From Cryomorphaceae bacterium (GTDB taxonomy: Bacteria; Bacteroidota; Bacteroidia; Flavobacteriales; Schleiferiaceae), in NCBI GenBank assembly GCA_021298655.1, contig JAJTFK010000002.1:3378-67377 (forward strand): 64,000 nt of DNA, given 5' to 3'. Shown one piece after another: positions 16,769 to 26,413 of the stretch (position 1 is the stretch's first letter; the number at the start of each line of letters is the position of its first letter). Under the pieces are notes generated by a model. It was not told where the DNA came from and searched no databases. It saw nothing but the letters and a program-made list of their open reading frames with translations. Both the position numbers and the translations under genes were made by a program.

Positions 16769-17309
16769 ACGCGCGGCCATCCTAATCTTGGGCGTCGTTC
16801 TGGCATCGTGTCGGAACGACGCCCAAGACGTTAAAAAAATACGCGCATCCGTCACCGGACCCAGCTCCATTCAGTACGGTATTCGTGTCGTGTATTCCGA
16901 CACGTCCGTGGTCCAGTGGATGCTGCAGGCTCGCGAGCTGGAGGAAGTACGTTCCGGCGGCGCGGCCAACCGCGAAGTCTTTCGGGGTGAGGTTTCGGCC
17001 GTTCAGCTGCACCAAGGTCAACCCACGGGTCGGGCGCTGTACGCAGACCAAATCATTCGCGACGTGCGCGAGCAGCGCTGGATTTTGTCGGGAGGTGTCC
17101 GGGTTCGCCAGGGACGCTCCAAGTCGTTAACCACGGAATCCTTGGAGTGGGACCGCAAATTGGGCACCATCAAGGGCTCCGAATGGGTAGAAATCACCGA
17201 TGAAGGCCAAAAACTCAGCGGAACCGGATTTGAAGCCAAGGAAGATTTGTCGGTCTACACCATCTTTGAGGTGTCCGGGCAATTTGATGAACAGAAAAGT
17301 CCAAACTAA
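16755..17309 (+). CDS. lptC: LptC-like LPS-export periplasmic protein (lipoprotein signal)
   Basis: TTG start at 16755 with no in-frame ATG before the lipobox. It has the lipoprotein signal FASKRAAILILGVVLASC and an LptC-like C-terminal region (LSGTGFEAKEDLSVYTIFEVSGQF). Its position before a CNNM gene is typical of Bacteroidota. Confidence 0.6.
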   Translation: MFASKRAAILILGVVLASCRNDAQDVKKIRASVTGPSSIQYGIRVVYSDTSVVQWMLQARELEEVRSGGAANREVFRGEVSAVQLHQGQPTGRALYADQIIRDVREQRWILSGGVRVRQGRSKSLTTESLEWDRKLGTIKGSEWVEITDEGQKLSGTGFEAKEDLSVYTIFEVSGQFDEQKSPN

Positions 17310-17504
17310 ATGAATACGAGCAAGCGCTGGCGCGTCCTTGAGTGGATCTACTACATTACGGCCATACTTTCTGCCGAAGCGGCCTGGACCCTTTTTTCTA
17401 CGGAACCCCAACGAGCATGGATTTTTATTGCCTTGACGGTCGGTTCCATCGCGATGGCCCTTTGGCGGAGGTCGCAGCGCCTTAAATCCAGCGGCCAGCA
17501 ATGA
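17310..17504 (+). CDS. Small (64 aa) two-helix membrane protein
   Basis: The ATG directly follows the lptC TAA, and the stop overlaps the next ATG (ATGA). Two hydrophobic helices are present. Confidence 0.45.
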   Translation: MNTSKRWRVLEWIYYITAILSAEAAWTLFSTEPQRAWIFIALTVGSIAMALWRRSQRLKSSGQQ

Positions 17505-18742
17505 TTTCGGCACTTTTGATGCTCGTCGCCTCGCTGGCGGCTTCGGCCTTTTTCTCGGGAACCGAAATTGCGTTTTTGACGGCGAACCGGCTCCAGCTAG
17601 AAATAGACCTCAAGCGCAAAGCGGTACCCTTTTGGGTCGAACGCTGGATCACCAATCCCCAGCAGTTTTTGGTCACCTTGCTCATTGGCAACACCTTGGC
17701 TCTGGTCGTGGTCGGTGCGCAAAGCGCCGTGCTCCTGCATCCCCTGGTAGCGCCATTCATGAGCTTGCCCCTTGCGCTGCTTCTGGAAACCCTCGTTTCC
17801 ACCGTCGTTGTGCTGTTTTTGGCGGAGTACATTCCCAAAGCCCTTTTTCGGGAGCAGGCTAACCGCGCCCTCGTTTGGGGTGCGATTCCGGCCATGATTT
17901 TTTACGTACTGTTTTGGCCCATTTCCTATGGATTGGCCAAATTCAACGATTGGGTGTTCCGCACCATGGGACCGGGTTCCGGTGGAGAAGGACATGCCCG
18001 TGTTTTTGGGTTGGCCGACTTAACCAATTTGGTCGACGAAGCGAGCCAAAAAGAGGAGCAAGATCCCGAAGTTGAGTTGTTCCGAAACGCCCTGGACTTT
18101 GCCGAAGTGAAAATTCGGGCCTGTATGGTGCCCCGCCCCGAATTGGTGGCCGTTCCCGTGACCATCAACTTGGACGACTTGCAGGCGCGCTTTGTTGAGA
18201 CCGGATTTAGCCGCCTCATCGTGTACCGAGAAGAGCTCGACGATGCCTTTGCCTACGTGCACCAGTTTGAGCTCTTCAAGAAACCCCGTAGCCTTAAGTC
18301 CGTTCTCACTCCGCTTTCGTTGGTTCCCGAAGCCATGAATGCGCAGGAGGTTTTCCAGCAGCTCATACGCGAAAAGCGCAGCATGGCGCTTGTGGTTGAC
18401 GACCTCGGCGACCTTGTGGGCATGGTAACCCTAGAGGACATTATTGAAGAGCTTTTTGGCGAAATCGACGACGAACACGATCAAGACTCCCTGGTGGAGC
18501 AGGTGCTGGGACCCCACGCGTTTCGACTCGATGGCCGATTGGAGGTCAATTACCTCAACGACCAGTACAGCCTGGGCCTGCCGGAATCCGATCGATTTAC
18601 GACCCTTGGCGGACTGGTAACCGACCTGGCCGGTAAACTCCCGGAGCCCGGTGAATCGGTGGTGGTTGGCGCTTGGCGCTTGGAAGTCGAGGGCATGGAG
18701 GTGCAGCGCGTGAAGCAAGTGCTGGTGCGCCGCGACGACTGA
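17501..18742 (+). CDS. CNNM-family membrane protein (DUF21, CBS pair, CorC/HlyC domain); hemolysin- or GldE-like
   Basis: 413 aa. Four N-terminal TM helices are followed by a CBS-pair region and a C-terminal CorC_HlyC-like segment (FRLDGRLEVNYLND...TLGGLV). Confidence 0.85.
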   Translation: MISALLMLVASLAASAFFSGTEIAFLTANRLQLEIDLKRKAVPFWVERWITNPQQFLVTLLIGNTLALVVVGAQSAVLLHPLVAPFMSLPLALLLETLVSTVVVLFLAEYIPKALFREQANRALVWGAIPAMIFYVLFWPISYGLAKFNDWVFRTMGPGSGGEGHARVFGLADLTNLVDEASQKEEQDPEVELFRNALDFAEVKIRACMVPRPELVAVPVTINLDDLQARFVETGFSRLIVYREELDDAFAYVHQFELFKKPRSLKSVLTPLSLVPEAMNAQEVFQQLIREKRSMALVVDDLGDLVGMVTLEDIIEELFGEIDDEHDQDSLVEQVLGPHAFRLDGRLEVNYLNDQYSLGLPESDRFTTLGGLVTDLAGKLPEPGESVVVGAWRLEVEGMEVQRVKQVLVRRDD

Positions 18743-18801
18743 AAAGGGGGTTGTAGTGCCGTCAGGTCGTTGTATATTCGCGACCTTATTTACACGTAGT
18801 T

Positions 18802-20874
18802 ATGGGACTTTTTGAAGCAATTCGCAGCCGTTCGGGTTTGGTTATTGGAGTCATTGGCATTTCCTTGGTTGCCTTTGTGTTGACGGACTTTCTCACCTCA
18901 GGGAACATGCTGTTTCAGGGTGATCGCGACGTCGTTGGGCGCATCAACGGCGAAAAAATTTCGTACCTCGAATTCAACAAAGAAGTCGAAGAACTGCGGC
19001 AGAACCCCCAATATGGCCAAGCCACGCCCCTTCAGCTGAGTGAATTAGTTTGGAACAACCTCCTGAACGAGAAGCTTTTGGTGCTCCCCATGAGCGAACT
19101 CGGCTTTACCGTGACCACTGAGGAGCTGACCAAGGTGATCGAAATGACCCCCTCGGTACAGCAAATGCCCGGCTTGCAGGACCCCAACACGGGCCAGTTC
19201 CGTCCGGACCTGCTTCGCAGCGCCCTCCAAAACCTCCGCGACCAGCGCGAGAGCTCGCCCGAAGCTGCAGCGCAATGGGCAAGTTGGGTGGCCTACGAAC
19301 AGGACGTGAAAAACCAGGCCTTGAGCAGCAAGATTTACGACGCCGTTGCGGCCGGGATGCGCATGCCCCAAAGCCTGCAGTTGGCCCAGAATACCCGCAA
19401 CAACCGCCAGCTTCAACTCAAGATCGCGGCAATGACCGTTTCCGAGATCAAGGACGGCGAAGCAACGCCGACCGACGAAGACTACCAAGCGATTTACGAC
19501 GAGTACAAACCAAACTTTAAGGTGAATGTGCCCGTGCGCGACGCGATGGTTGCGGATTTCCCCCTGGTTCCCTCGGATCAGGATTTAGCCAAGGCCAAGG
19601 AAGAGCTGGTGAAAATTGCCGCTGATTTTGCGACATCGGTAGACGACAGCGCCTTTGCGGCGGCCAACACCGACGTATTCGTGCCCATCGCGCTTCGTCC
19701 CGAGGCCAACATCAATCCCAACGTGCTACCCTACGTACAGGGCAAAGGAAGCGGATTTGTTTCGGAGCCCATCCAGGATGGCGACGTGTTTCGGGTCGTA
19801 AAGGTTATGGGCCGTGCTTCGTTGCCCGATTCGGCGCGCGCAAAACACATTTTGATTGCCTACGCGGGTTCCGAGCGCTCGCAAGCCACGCGTTCCTACC
19901 AGGAGGCCAAGTCGCTCGCCGACAGCCTGCTCAAGCAACTTAAGGGAGGTGCTTCCTTCCCCGAGCTCAGCAAGCAGTACAGCAGCGACGTCGTGGCGGC
20001 ATCCAAGGATGGCGACCTCGGTTGGTTTAAGCCCGGACAAATGACGCCGGCCTTTGAGTCCTTCTGCTTCGAGAAAAACACGGGCACGATGGATCTCGTT
20101 GAAACGGAATTCGGATTCCACTTGGTGCAGGTGACCGGACAAAAAGGCGCGCGCCCCGCACTCCGCTTAGCGGAAGTGGTCCGCCGCGTAACGGTGAGCC
20201 CGGAGTCGGAACAAAAAGTCTACGCCAAAGCCGGCGAGCTCGCCAAGCTGCTCCAAGAGGGCATGAAGGCCGAAGATGCCGCGAAAAAGGTGGGTGCGCA
20301 GTTGATTCCAGCGCGCAACGTCCGCGCTACGGATGCTTCGGTGATGGGCATGGCCGAGAACCGCGAAGTCGTTCGCTGGATTTTTAACGAAGAGCGCGAA
20401 GTAGGGGACGTGAGCGTGGTGAACAACAACTACAAGTCCTACGCGGTCGTTCAGCTGACGGCGGTGTTTGAAGATGGCTACAAGCCCCTCGAGTCCGTGA
20501 AGGAAGATTTGACTCCGTTGGCGACCAACCGGGCTAAGGTGCGCGTGCTTGCCGAGCGCTTGGCTGCCAAGAAAACCCTCGAGTGGACGGATGCCAGCGT
20601 GACCCTTGCAGCGCCCTACCTGCCTACGGGCCGTGAGGCGAAGGTGGTTGGTCTCGCCGCGGGTGCCAAGGTGGGCTTCACGTCAGGGGTGATTGAAGGA
20701 AGCAACGGAGCCTACCGCTTCAAGTTGGTCAATGCCTTTGATGCGCCCAACACCATGACTCCGGCGGATGTGGCCGCAGAAAACAACCGTTTGGCGGGAA
20801 GCGTACAGCAAATGCTGCTGCAGTCCCTGCTCCAGTCCGCCAAGGTTCAGGACAACCGCGGCAGCTTCTACTAA
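18802..20874 (+). CDS. PpiD/SurA-like periplasmic chaperone with a parvulin PPIase domain
   Basis: 690 aa. It has an N-terminal TM anchor and a parvulin segment AKHILIAYAG...DLGWFKPGQMTPAFE...GFHLVQV. Confidence 0.8.
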   Translation: MGLFEAIRSRSGLVIGVIGISLVAFVLTDFLTSGNMLFQGDRDVVGRINGEKISYLEFNKEVEELRQNPQYGQATPLQLSELVWNNLLNEKLLVLPMSELGFTVTTEELTKVIEMTPSVQQMPGLQDPNTGQFRPDLLRSALQNLRDQRESSPEAAAQWASWVAYEQDVKNQALSSKIYDAVAAGMRMPQSLQLAQNTRNNRQLQLKIAAMTVSEIKDGEATPTDEDYQAIYDEYKPNFKVNVPVRDAMVADFPLVPSDQDLAKAKEELVKIAADFATSVDDSAFAAANTDVFVPIALRPEANINPNVLPYVQGKGSGFVSEPIQDGDVFRVVKVMGRASLPDSARAKHILIAYAGSERSQATRSYQEAKSLADSLLKQLKGGASFPELSKQYSSDVVAASKDGDLGWFKPGQMTPAFESFCFEKNTGTMDLVETEFGFHLVQVTGQKGARPALRLAEVVRRVTVSPESEQKVYAKAGELAKLLQEGMKAEDAAKKVGAQLIPARNVRATDASVMGMAENREVVRWIFNEEREVGDVSVVNNNYKSYAVVQLTAVFEDGYKPLESVKEDLTPLATNRAKVRVLAERLAAKKTLEWTDASVTLAAPYLPTGREAKVVGLAAGAKVGFTSGVIEGSNGAYRFKLVNAFDAPNTMTPADVAAENNRLAGSVQQMLLQSLLQSAKVQDNRGSFY

Positions 20875-20903
20875 GCAGCGCGGAGCGGTATTCAACCCAA
20901 AGC

Positions 20904-20933
20904 AAGCCCGGGGCCAGCACCTCGGGCTTTTTT
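20904..20933. terminator. Hairpin terminator between convergent ppiD-like and rodA genes
   Basis: AAGCCCGGG-loop-CTCGGGCTT followed by a T-run. Confidence 0.5.
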
Positions 20934-20954
20934 GTGCGCAAAAAGGCAGGGTGT

Positions 20955-22238
20955 TTATAGGCTCTCCCAGCGGTAGGCGTCCCAACGTAGGAACACAAAA
21001 ACCATCAAGCTGAAGGCCCAAAGGGAAGACCCACCGTAGCTAAAAAAGGGCAGAGGGATTCCGATAACGGGCATCAAGCCCAAAGTCATTCCCACATTGA
21101 CCGCAAAGTGCACAAACAGGATGCTTGCGATACTTAGTCCGAAGTACATGCCAAAACCGTGCTTTTGACGCTGCGCAAGCAGTACCAGGCGAATAATGAG
21201 GCCGGCGAAGGCCAAGAGAACCACCAGCGCGCCCAAAAAGCCCCATTCTTCGCCCACCGTACAGAAGATGTAGTCGGTTGTTTGCTCGGGAACGAAGCGA
21301 AGGCGGGTCTGGGTGCCTTCCATATAGCCTTTGCCAAAGAGTCCGCCCGAACCGATGGCAATCAGGGACTGCGCTGTTTGGTAACCCGCGGCGCTTGGGT
21401 CGTCGACTTGGCCCAGCAGGAGCTTAATGCGAATCTGCTGGTGCGGCTTCAGTACGTTGTCAAAGACTTGATTCACGGCTCCGGCCCATAAAACAGCCGC
21501 GAAGCCTGCCCAAATCGCCGGGTGCTTTACGAAGCGTATAAAGGACATGCGGTGACGGGCCCGCGAAGCAACGAGGCTCAGTAGGGCGAGCGAAATAATC
21601 ACGGTCCGCACGGTTCCCGGGCTCCAAGCGAGGGCCATCACAGAAACAACGGCGATTCCGAGCGTTCCAAATAGGTAAAATGAAGGTAATCCCGCAAAAT
21701 AAAAGACCAGTAGGAAGGAGGCAAAGACCAGGGCCGAACCGGCATCCGGCTGGAGCAGGATGAGCCCCATGGGCAGGGCGACGATGATTGCCGGCAGGAT
21801 TCGCCCGCGCCAGGTCGAAAGGTCGTAGTTGCCGCTCCCCAGCAATCGGGCAAGCATCAGTGCGGTCCCCAGCTTGGCAAACTCCGAGGGCTGCAGGCCA
21901 AAGGAACCCAGACTAAGCCAGGATTTGTTGCCGCCGCGCTCAACACCCACCGCCAAAACGGCGAGCAGCAGAACGAGGCTTAGGCCGTAAACCAGCCACG
22001 ACAGCACCTCAAAAAGCCGGGCGTCCGACAGCAGGACCATAAGGACCAAAAATCCGGCTAGTCCCATGAAGCTCAGCTGCTTGCCGGCCTCGTTGTTCCA
22101 GCTCCACTGGAAGCTGTCGGCTACCGGCGTTACGGTGGCCAAAATATTCAGCCAACCAAAAACGACCAAAAAGAGGACCAGGCTAACGCTGATCCAGTCA
22201 AGTTTGCCCACCAAGGGCGTAGCGGTCGTGCGGTTCAT
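20955..22238 (-). CDS. rodA: Rod-shape peptidoglycan glycosyltransferase RodA (SEDS family)
   Basis: 427 aa, polytopic. Contains the FtsW/RodA motifs PSEFAKL and LPFFSYGGSS. It shares 1 nt with the mrdA stop. Confidence 0.9.
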   Translation of the reverse strand: MNRTTATPLVGKLDWISVSLVLFLVVFGWLNILATVTPVADSFQWSWNNEAGKQLSFMGLAGFLVLMVLLSDARLFEVLSWLVYGLSLVLLLAVLAVGVERGGNKSWLSLGSFGLQPSEFAKLGTALMLARLLGSGNYDLSTWRGRILPAIIVALPMGLILLQPDAGSALVFASFLLVFYFAGLPSFYLFGTLGIAVVSVMALAWSPGTVRTVIISLALLSLVASRARHRMSFIRFVKHPAIWAGFAAVLWAGAVNQVFDNVLKPHQQIRIKLLLGQVDDPSAAGYQTAQSLIAIGSGGLFGKGYMEGTQTRLRFVPEQTTDYIFCTVGEEWGFLGALVVLLAFAGLIIRLVLLAQRQKHGFGMYFGLSIASILFVHFAVNVGMTLGLMPVIGIPLPFFSYGGSSLWAFSLMVFVFLRWDAYRWESL

Positions 22239-24073
22239 CAGTAGGGGGGGAGCTCGGTTTGAACGCTGTTCACCCGGTATTCACCGGTAAGGGACCCCTC
22301 GACCATGCGGCGGTACAGGTCCGGGCGCGAAATGGAATCGTGCAGGTAGGACTCCATCATCAAGCTGGCAATGGGAGCCGCCCAACGGGAACCCCAGTAT
22401 CCGTTCTCCACGATGATGGCAATGGCAATCTTGGGTTTGTTCAAGGGCGCGAACGACGTAAAAATCGAGTGGTCCTGACCGTGGGGGTTTTGAGCGGTAC
22501 CGGTCTTGCCGGCCATGGGGAGGCCTTCCAGGCGCGAGGCGCTGGCCGTTCCGGACTCAAACACGTCGTTCATGCCCTGAATAATCACCGAAAAATGCTC
22601 CGGGTTGATCGTGGTCTTGTTGATCGTCGTAAAGGCGGGGTCGTCGATTGGGGTGCCGTTGATCGATCGGACCACATGGGGTCGAATCCACCAACCCCGG
22701 TTCGCGACGGCGGCCACCATGTTGGCGAGCTGAATCGGCGTAACCACCAGTTCTCCCTGTCCGATGGCCAGCGAAATCACCGTGGGAGCCTTCCAGCGGT
22801 CCGTTCGGTAAACCTTATTGAAGTACGCCCCGTCGGGAACAAACCCCTTCCGCCCCGTAGGAAGGTCCACGCCAAGAAAATCCCCCAGGCCAAAGCTCTT
22901 CACGTGGCGGTGCCAGGAATCAATACCTTGGCTCGCGCTGGGGTACTTATCGAGTACGCGTTTGAGAATTTGGCAGTGGTAGTTGTTGCAGCTCTTGCTA
23001 ATCGAACCCCGAAGATCAAGGGTTCCGGCCTTACAGTGGCAACCGATGTGCAGCGACCCAAAGTGGTACCCATCAATGCAGGTGTACTGCGTTTCTTCGC
23101 TAACCACACCTTCCTGCAGTCCGATCAAGGCGTTCAGGATTTTAAACGGGGAGCCCGGTGGATATTCCGCAAGGATGGCCCGGTCGTACAGGGGCTTATT
23201 CAAGGAATCGCGGTACAAAATGGTGTAGTTGCGCGAACGGTAGCGACCCACAAGCGCATTCGGGTCGTAGCTCGGCGAAGAAACCAACGCCAGAATTTCG
23301 CCGGTGCTGGGTTCGATGGCGACAATGCTTCCCCGCTTTCCGCGCATGAGTTCCTCGCCCAGGGCCTGGAGCTTGGCATCCAGGGTGAGCTGCAGCTCCG
23401 CGCCCATAACGGGCTTCATGTCGTACTTGCCCTGGGCGTAGGACCCGACATCCCGGTTCCGGTTATCGACAATGATGTAGCGACGGCCCGCCTCACCCCG
23501 CAATACGTCTTCGTAGGAAGATTCGATGCCCGAAATTCCCAAATAATCACCGAGGTCGTATTCGGGATGGCTTTGGAGGATGTAGTCGTTTACTTCGCCT
23601 ACATAGCCCATGACGTTGCCCCCGTGGGGCTGCGGGTATTTTCGAAAGGTTCGCTTGCGCATTTGTACCCCCTCAAACATGTTGATTTGTTCCTGCAGGG
23701 CCGCGTAATCCTTAATCATCAACCCGCGAAGAATCGCAAAGGGACGGTACGGCGCCTGAATCCGGGCCTTTTTGAGTTGCTTGCGCACTTCCTCCAGGGG
23801 TTCCTGAAGTACGTTCGCCAATTTAACCGTGTCCAAATGGTTTAGCCGGCTGGAAATAACTTCGACGTCGTACGCAATTTGGTTGGTTGCGAGCACTTCG
23901 CCGTTCCGGTCGCGCATTATTCCACGTGGGGCATAGATTTTTTCGATTCGCTGCGCGTTGTTGGCGGCGTCCAAGGTATAGCGCTTGTCGATGAGCTGAA
24001 TGTTGATCAAGCGAACGACAAAAACGATAAAAACGAGTACAACCCCGACGATGAGGACGCGGCTACGTATCAT
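22238..24073 (-). CDS. mrdA: Penicillin-binding protein 2 (elongasome transpeptidase)
   Basis: I prefer ATG 24073, an ATGA overlap with the mreD stop; GTG 24100 is the alternative. It has a TM anchor, PGSPFK (SxxK), an SCN motif and KTGTA. Confidence 0.9.
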   Translation of the reverse strand: MIRSRVLIVGVVLVFIVFVVRLINIQLIDKRYTLDAANNAQRIEKIYAPRGIMRDRNGEVLATNQIAYDVEVISSRLNHLDTVKLANVLQEPLEEVRKQLKKARIQAPYRPFAILRGLMIKDYAALQEQINMFEGVQMRKRTFRKYPQPHGGNVMGYVGEVNDYILQSHPEYDLGDYLGISGIESSYEDVLRGEAGRRYIIVDNRNRDVGSYAQGKYDMKPVMGAELQLTLDAKLQALGEELMRGKRGSIVAIEPSTGEILALVSSPSYDPNALVGRYRSRNYTILYRDSLNKPLYDRAILAEYPPGSPFKILNALIGLQEGVVSEETQYTCIDGYHFGSLHIGCHCKAGTLDLRGSISKSCNNYHCQILKRVLDKYPSASQGIDSWHRHVKSFGLGDFLGVDLPTGRKGFVPDGAYFNKVYRTDRWKAPTVISLAIGQGELVVTPIQLANMVAAVANRGWWIRPHVVRSINGTPIDDPAFTTINKTTINPEHFSVIIQGMNDVFESGTASASRLEGLPMAGKTGTAQNPHGQDHSIFTSFAPLNKPKIAIAIIVENGYWGSRWAAPIASLMMESYLHDSISRPDLYRRMVEGSLTGEYRVNSVQTELPPY

Positions 24074-24579
24074 CCGTTGGCGGATTTGGGAATGAACCAC
24101 GCGATGGCCGTTGCCAGGGCTCCGCTTACAACCAGATTAAGCAGGCTGCGCACCACCACCAGCGACCACAGGTGCCCGTCGTGGCTTGCCCACAAAAACA
24201 GCCAAACATGGTGCAGTCCGTACGACAAAAAGATCAACGTAAGCCACTTGCCCAGGCCCAAATCTTGGGGCGCAAAGGGGAGTTGCTCCTCGGCAGCCCG
24301 CGGAACGACGGCATTGAGCATCCAAGAACGTCCGTAGGCCAGGGCACTGGAGGCCATCAAGTGCAGACCGCCACTGCCCTCGTGAAAATCAATACCTAGG
24401 CCCAAAAGCCCGCCGAGCAGCAGCAGTCCGTAGCGGTTGAAATTTGCCGGAGCAAGAATCAGAATCAGGGGGTACAGGTAGGGACTGAGGTAGCCTCCCA
24501 CTTCAACGTAGCTCAAAACAAAAATCTGGATGAGTACGATCCAAAACGTAAACGTTATCCAGGAACCAATTCGCGTCAT
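24070..24579 (-). CDS. mreD: Rod shape-determining protein MreD
   Basis: 169 aa, polytopic. It sits between mreC and mrdA with an ATGA overlap at each end. Confidence 0.8.
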   Translation of the reverse strand: MTRIGSWITFTFWIVLIQIFVLSYVEVGGYLSPYLYPLILILAPANFNRYGLLLLGGLLGLGIDFHEGSGGLHLMASSALAYGRSWMLNAVVPRAAEEQLPFAPQDLGLGKWLTLIFLSYGLHHVWLFLWASHDGHLWSLVVVRSLLNLVVSGALATAIAWFIPKSANG

Positions 24580-25373
24580 GGGGCAATGCTGTCTCGTTCG
24601 ACTTTGCGCACGTTGAACGCGGCCATAATGCCCTGCTGGCGGTTGAGGTCGGCGGCAAGCCGGACCAGCGCAGTTTGCGTGAACTGCGTTGAATCCACCG
24701 TAACCTCGGCGATCGTGCCGATCAGCCAGCCGGCCGGGAAGAGCTCCGAGCGTGCGTCGGTCACAATTCGGTCCCCGGGTTTAAGCTGCGCGTCGTAGGC
24801 CACGTCCACCAATTCCGCCAAGCGCGTCGTGCCGCTGTGCCACTGAAGGGTTCCAAAGTGCCCGGTTCGTTCCACGGACGCCGAAATCCGCATCGACGGA
24901 TGGCTCAACGGCGTAACTCGGCTGTAGTGAGCCGAGGTTTCGTAGGCGATGCCGATGATTCCTTTGGTTCCCAACACGGCGAAGGGCGGAGTCAACCCGG
25001 CATCCGAACCGATGTCGATTAACCCCCAGGGCGATGCCGCGTTGTGCGAAATAAACATCAGCCGTCCAGGAACCATGTCAAATCCAAATTCTTCGTAGGA
25101 TTCAACCTTAGGTCGGGTGGTGTCGGGCTCTTGGCTGCTGCGAATCTTAGCCAACTCCGCGACCAGCACGTCGTTTTCCTGGCGAAGGTTGAGGTAAGCC
25201 TCCCAGCTGTGCATCCAACCGCGCCACTGCGCTTGACGCTCGAGCACATTGGCCCAAAACAGGTTTTCGTGGGCCAGCGAACGGGCATACGTCAAGCTCA
25301 ACCCCATGGCCTGGAGCAGCAGCAAGGACAGAACCATGCGGTACCGAATAAAAAACCGCAGAATGTTCTGCAT
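24576..25373 (-). CDS. mreC: Rod shape-determining protein MreC
   Basis: 265 aa. It has an N-terminal anchor and coiled coil, then a beta-rich domain (GIIGIAYE, VVTDARSELFPAGWLIG), and follows mreB. Confidence 0.85.
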   Translation of the reverse strand: MQNILRFFIRYRMVLSLLLLQAMGLSLTYARSLAHENLFWANVLERQAQWRGWMHSWEAYLNLRQENDVLVAELAKIRSSQEPDTTRPKVESYEEFGFDMVPGRLMFISHNAASPWGLIDIGSDAGLTPPFAVLGTKGIIGIAYETSAHYSRVTPLSHPSMRISASVERTGHFGTLQWHSGTTRLAELVDVAYDAQLKPGDRIVTDARSELFPAGWLIGTIAEVTVDSTQFTQTALVRLAADLNRQQGIMAAFNVRKVERDSIAP

Positions 25374-25376
25374 GGC

Positions 25377-26405
25377 TTAGCGCATCAAAAGCGTACGGTA
25401 CTTATCCAGGTTTTTCAGGGCAATACCCGTTCCGCGAACCACGGCACGAAGGGGATCTTCGGCCACGTAAACCGGCAAGTCGGTCCGTGCCGAAATGCGT
25501 TGGTCTAAGCCGCGAAGCAAGGAGCCGCCGCCCGCCATGTAGATACCTGAATTGTAGATGTCTGCGGACAATTCCGGGGGCGTAAGCGACAGGGCTTCCA
25601 TTACGGCCTCTTCAATGCGCATCAGCGATTTGTCGAGGGCGCGGGCAATTTCCTTGTGCGAAATGTCGACCTGCTTCGGCTTGCCCGAAATCAAATCGCG
25701 GCCCTGAACGCTCATGTCGTCGGGTGGCGAAGCGAGGTTTTCCAAGGCGGCGCCCACGTTGATTTTGATGAGCTCGGCCGTGCGATCCCCCACATAGAGG
25801 TTGTGCATGGTGCGCATGTAGTAGGCGATGTCGTTGGTAAACACGTCACCGGCCACCTTGACGCTCTTGTCGCAGACGATGCCGCCCAGGGCGAGTACCG
25901 CAATTTCGGTGGTACCGCCACCGATGTCAATGATCATGTTGCCCTTGGGTTCAAGAACGTCTACGCCAATACCGATGGCCGCAGCCATCGGCTCGTGAAT
26001 CAAGTAAACCTCCTTGGCATTGGCGTGTTCGGCGGAGTCGCGAACGGCGCGCTTTTCTACCTCGGTAATTCCGCTTGGAATGCAAATAACCATGCGCAGC
26101 GACGGCGCGAACCACTTGTTTTTCAGGGCCGGAATGCTCTTGATCATCTCGCGGATCATGTGTTCCGACGCGACGAAATCCGCAATCACCCCGTCCTTGA
26201 GCGGGCGTACGGTGCGGATGTTCTCGTGCGTTTTTCCGTGCATCTGCATGGCCTCGTGGCCGATGGCGAGGATGGCGTTCGTCGAGCGGTCCAGCGCCAC
26301 AATCGACGGCGCGTCAACAACCACCTTGTCGTTGTGGATGATCAAGGTGTTCGCCGTGCCGAGGTCGATGGCGATGTCGTAGGTGAGGAAGTCAAATAAT
26401 CCCAT
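25377..26405 (-). CDS. mreB: Actin-like rod-shape protein MreB
   Basis: 342 aa. Contains DIAIDLGTANTLI and IIDIGGGTTEIAV. Confidence 0.96.
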   Translation of the reverse strand: MGLFDFLTYDIAIDLGTANTLIIHNDKVVVDAPSIVALDRSTNAILAIGHEAMQMHGKTHENIRTVRPLKDGVIADFVASEHMIREMIKSIPALKNKWFAPSLRMVICIPSGITEVEKRAVRDSAEHANAKEVYLIHEPMAAAIGIGVDVLEPKGNMIIDIGGGTTEIAVLALGGIVCDKSVKVAGDVFTNDIAYYMRTMHNLYVGDRTAELIKINVGAALENLASPPDDMSVQGRDLISGKPKQVDISHKEIARALDKSLMRIEEAVMEALSLTPPELSADIYNSGIYMAGGGSLLRGLDQRISARTDLPVYVAEDPLRAVVRGTGIALKNLDKYRTLLMR

Positions 26406-26413
26406 GTTCGGGT

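Noticed and set aside
22259-23845. 528-aa ORF on the plus strand, opposite mrdA
   Set aside because: It mirrors a well-supported PBP2 gene exactly. It is Arg/Gly/Val-rich with no motif. Long antisense ORFs are expected in GC-rich DNA with strong codon bias.
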